A stretch of 26,209 nt of DNA, taken from positions 1 through 26,209 of the forward strand of contig DATDXA010000010.1 in assembly GCA_035289485.1 (NCBI GenBank). Reading direction: 5' to 3'. This DNA is from an archaeon (GTDB lineage: Archaea; Iainarchaeota; Iainarchaeia; Iainarchaeales; Iainarchaeaceae). A model generated the notes under the pieces. The model had not been told where the DNA came from. It made no database searches and saw only the letters and a program-made list of their open reading frames with translations. Of this stretch, positions 25,511 through 26,209 are shown one piece after another (the first letter of the stretch is position 1; each line of letters begins with the position of its first letter). The translations under genes and the position numbers were made by a program.

Positions 25511-26209
25511 ATGGATGCGCTCTCAGTTGCCAAAGCCGTGAAAAAATTCAAAGAAAAAAGCGGCACAACCCTTGCGCTTAGCGATGTGAGCCTGAAAATT
25601 TCAAAAGGAGAAATTGTCGGGCTTCTTGGGCCTAACGGAGCTGGGAAAACCACTTTGATTTCTGCAATCTGCGGATTGCTAGAGCTTGATGAGGGCGAAA
25701 TAAGCGTGTTTGGGAAAAACCCGCTCACGCAAAAAGAGAGCGTCTCGCAAGATGTCAACCTTGTGACCGGATTTGCGGGGCTATTGCACGGGCTCAGCGT
25801 GGAAAATCTTCTTGAATACTATTCCATGCTCTATGCAATTGATGACAGGAAAAAAATGATTGGCACGGTGCTTGCGCAAACAGGCCTTGCGGAAAAAAGA
25901 AACCAGACCGCGCAGAATCTCTCTTCGGGCTTCAAGCAGAGATTTTACATAGCAAAAGCGCTTCTCTCAAACCCAAAACTCATACTCATGGACGAGCCAA
26001 CCGTTGGGCTTGATATCCAAAGCGCAATACAAATACGCGCGCTCATAAAAAAACTCTCAAACGAGGGGAAAACAATCCTTCTTACAACGCATTACATGGC
26101 GGAAGCTGAGCAGCTCTGCGATCGCATTGCACTCATAAGGGGCGGGAAAATTATCGCGTTCGGAAAAATCTCCGAACTCAGAAAACTTGCGGGAAAGCCA
26201 AAAGCAAAC
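25511..26209 (+). CDS. ABC-2 type transporter ATP-binding protein (partial, runs off the window)
   Basis: GPNGAGKTT, LSSG, MDEPTVGLD, TTHYM.EAE. Confidence 0.9.
   Translation, partial: MDALSVAKAVKKFKEKSGTTLALSDVSLKISKGEIVGLLGPNGAGKTTLISAICGLLELDEGEISVFGKNPLTQKESVSQDVNLVTGFAGLLHGLSVENLLEYYSMLYAIDDRKKMIGTVLAQTGLAEKRNQTAQNLSSGFKQRFYIAKALLSNPKLILMDEPTVGLDIQSAIQIRALIKKLSNEGKTILLTTHYMAEAEQLCDRIALIRGGKIIAFGKISELRKLAGKPKAN

Overview
Archaeal chromosomal window: TATA boxes, many leaderless starts, C/D box sRNAs, TrmB, an archaeal TGS-GTPase and a HemK2-type methyltransferase. The gene style suggests a DPANN lineage such as Iainarchaeota/Diapherotrites (inference). The main feature is an ~8.7-kb integrated element (1950-10691) bounded by a perfect 16-bp direct repeat, GGTTCGAGCTGAGGAC. 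It is inserted into the 3' end of a C/D box methylation-guide sRNA (1901-1965) rather than a tRNA; the sRNA guides look complementary to a 16S rRNA helix-41-like sequence. The element encodes an intact tyrosine integrase with a Zn ribbon, about six small DNA-binding proteins and a P-loop replication protein containing a 4+4 inverted pentamer array (candidate ori). A convergent operon encodes a 740-aa Gly-rich membrane protein and a 120-aa two-helix protein with a class III-like signal peptide, so it is a candidate minimal provirus or satellite. A second C/D sRNA lies at 56-124. Flanking host genes include an ECF-S/DUF4430 pair, surface proteins, a LUD/PadR locus, MscS, an RNase HIII-like enzyme, an AT-rich TrmB + NitT/TauT ABC cassette, TatD, a thioredoxin-fold protein, a methyltransferase, a GTPase and a partial ABC ATPase.
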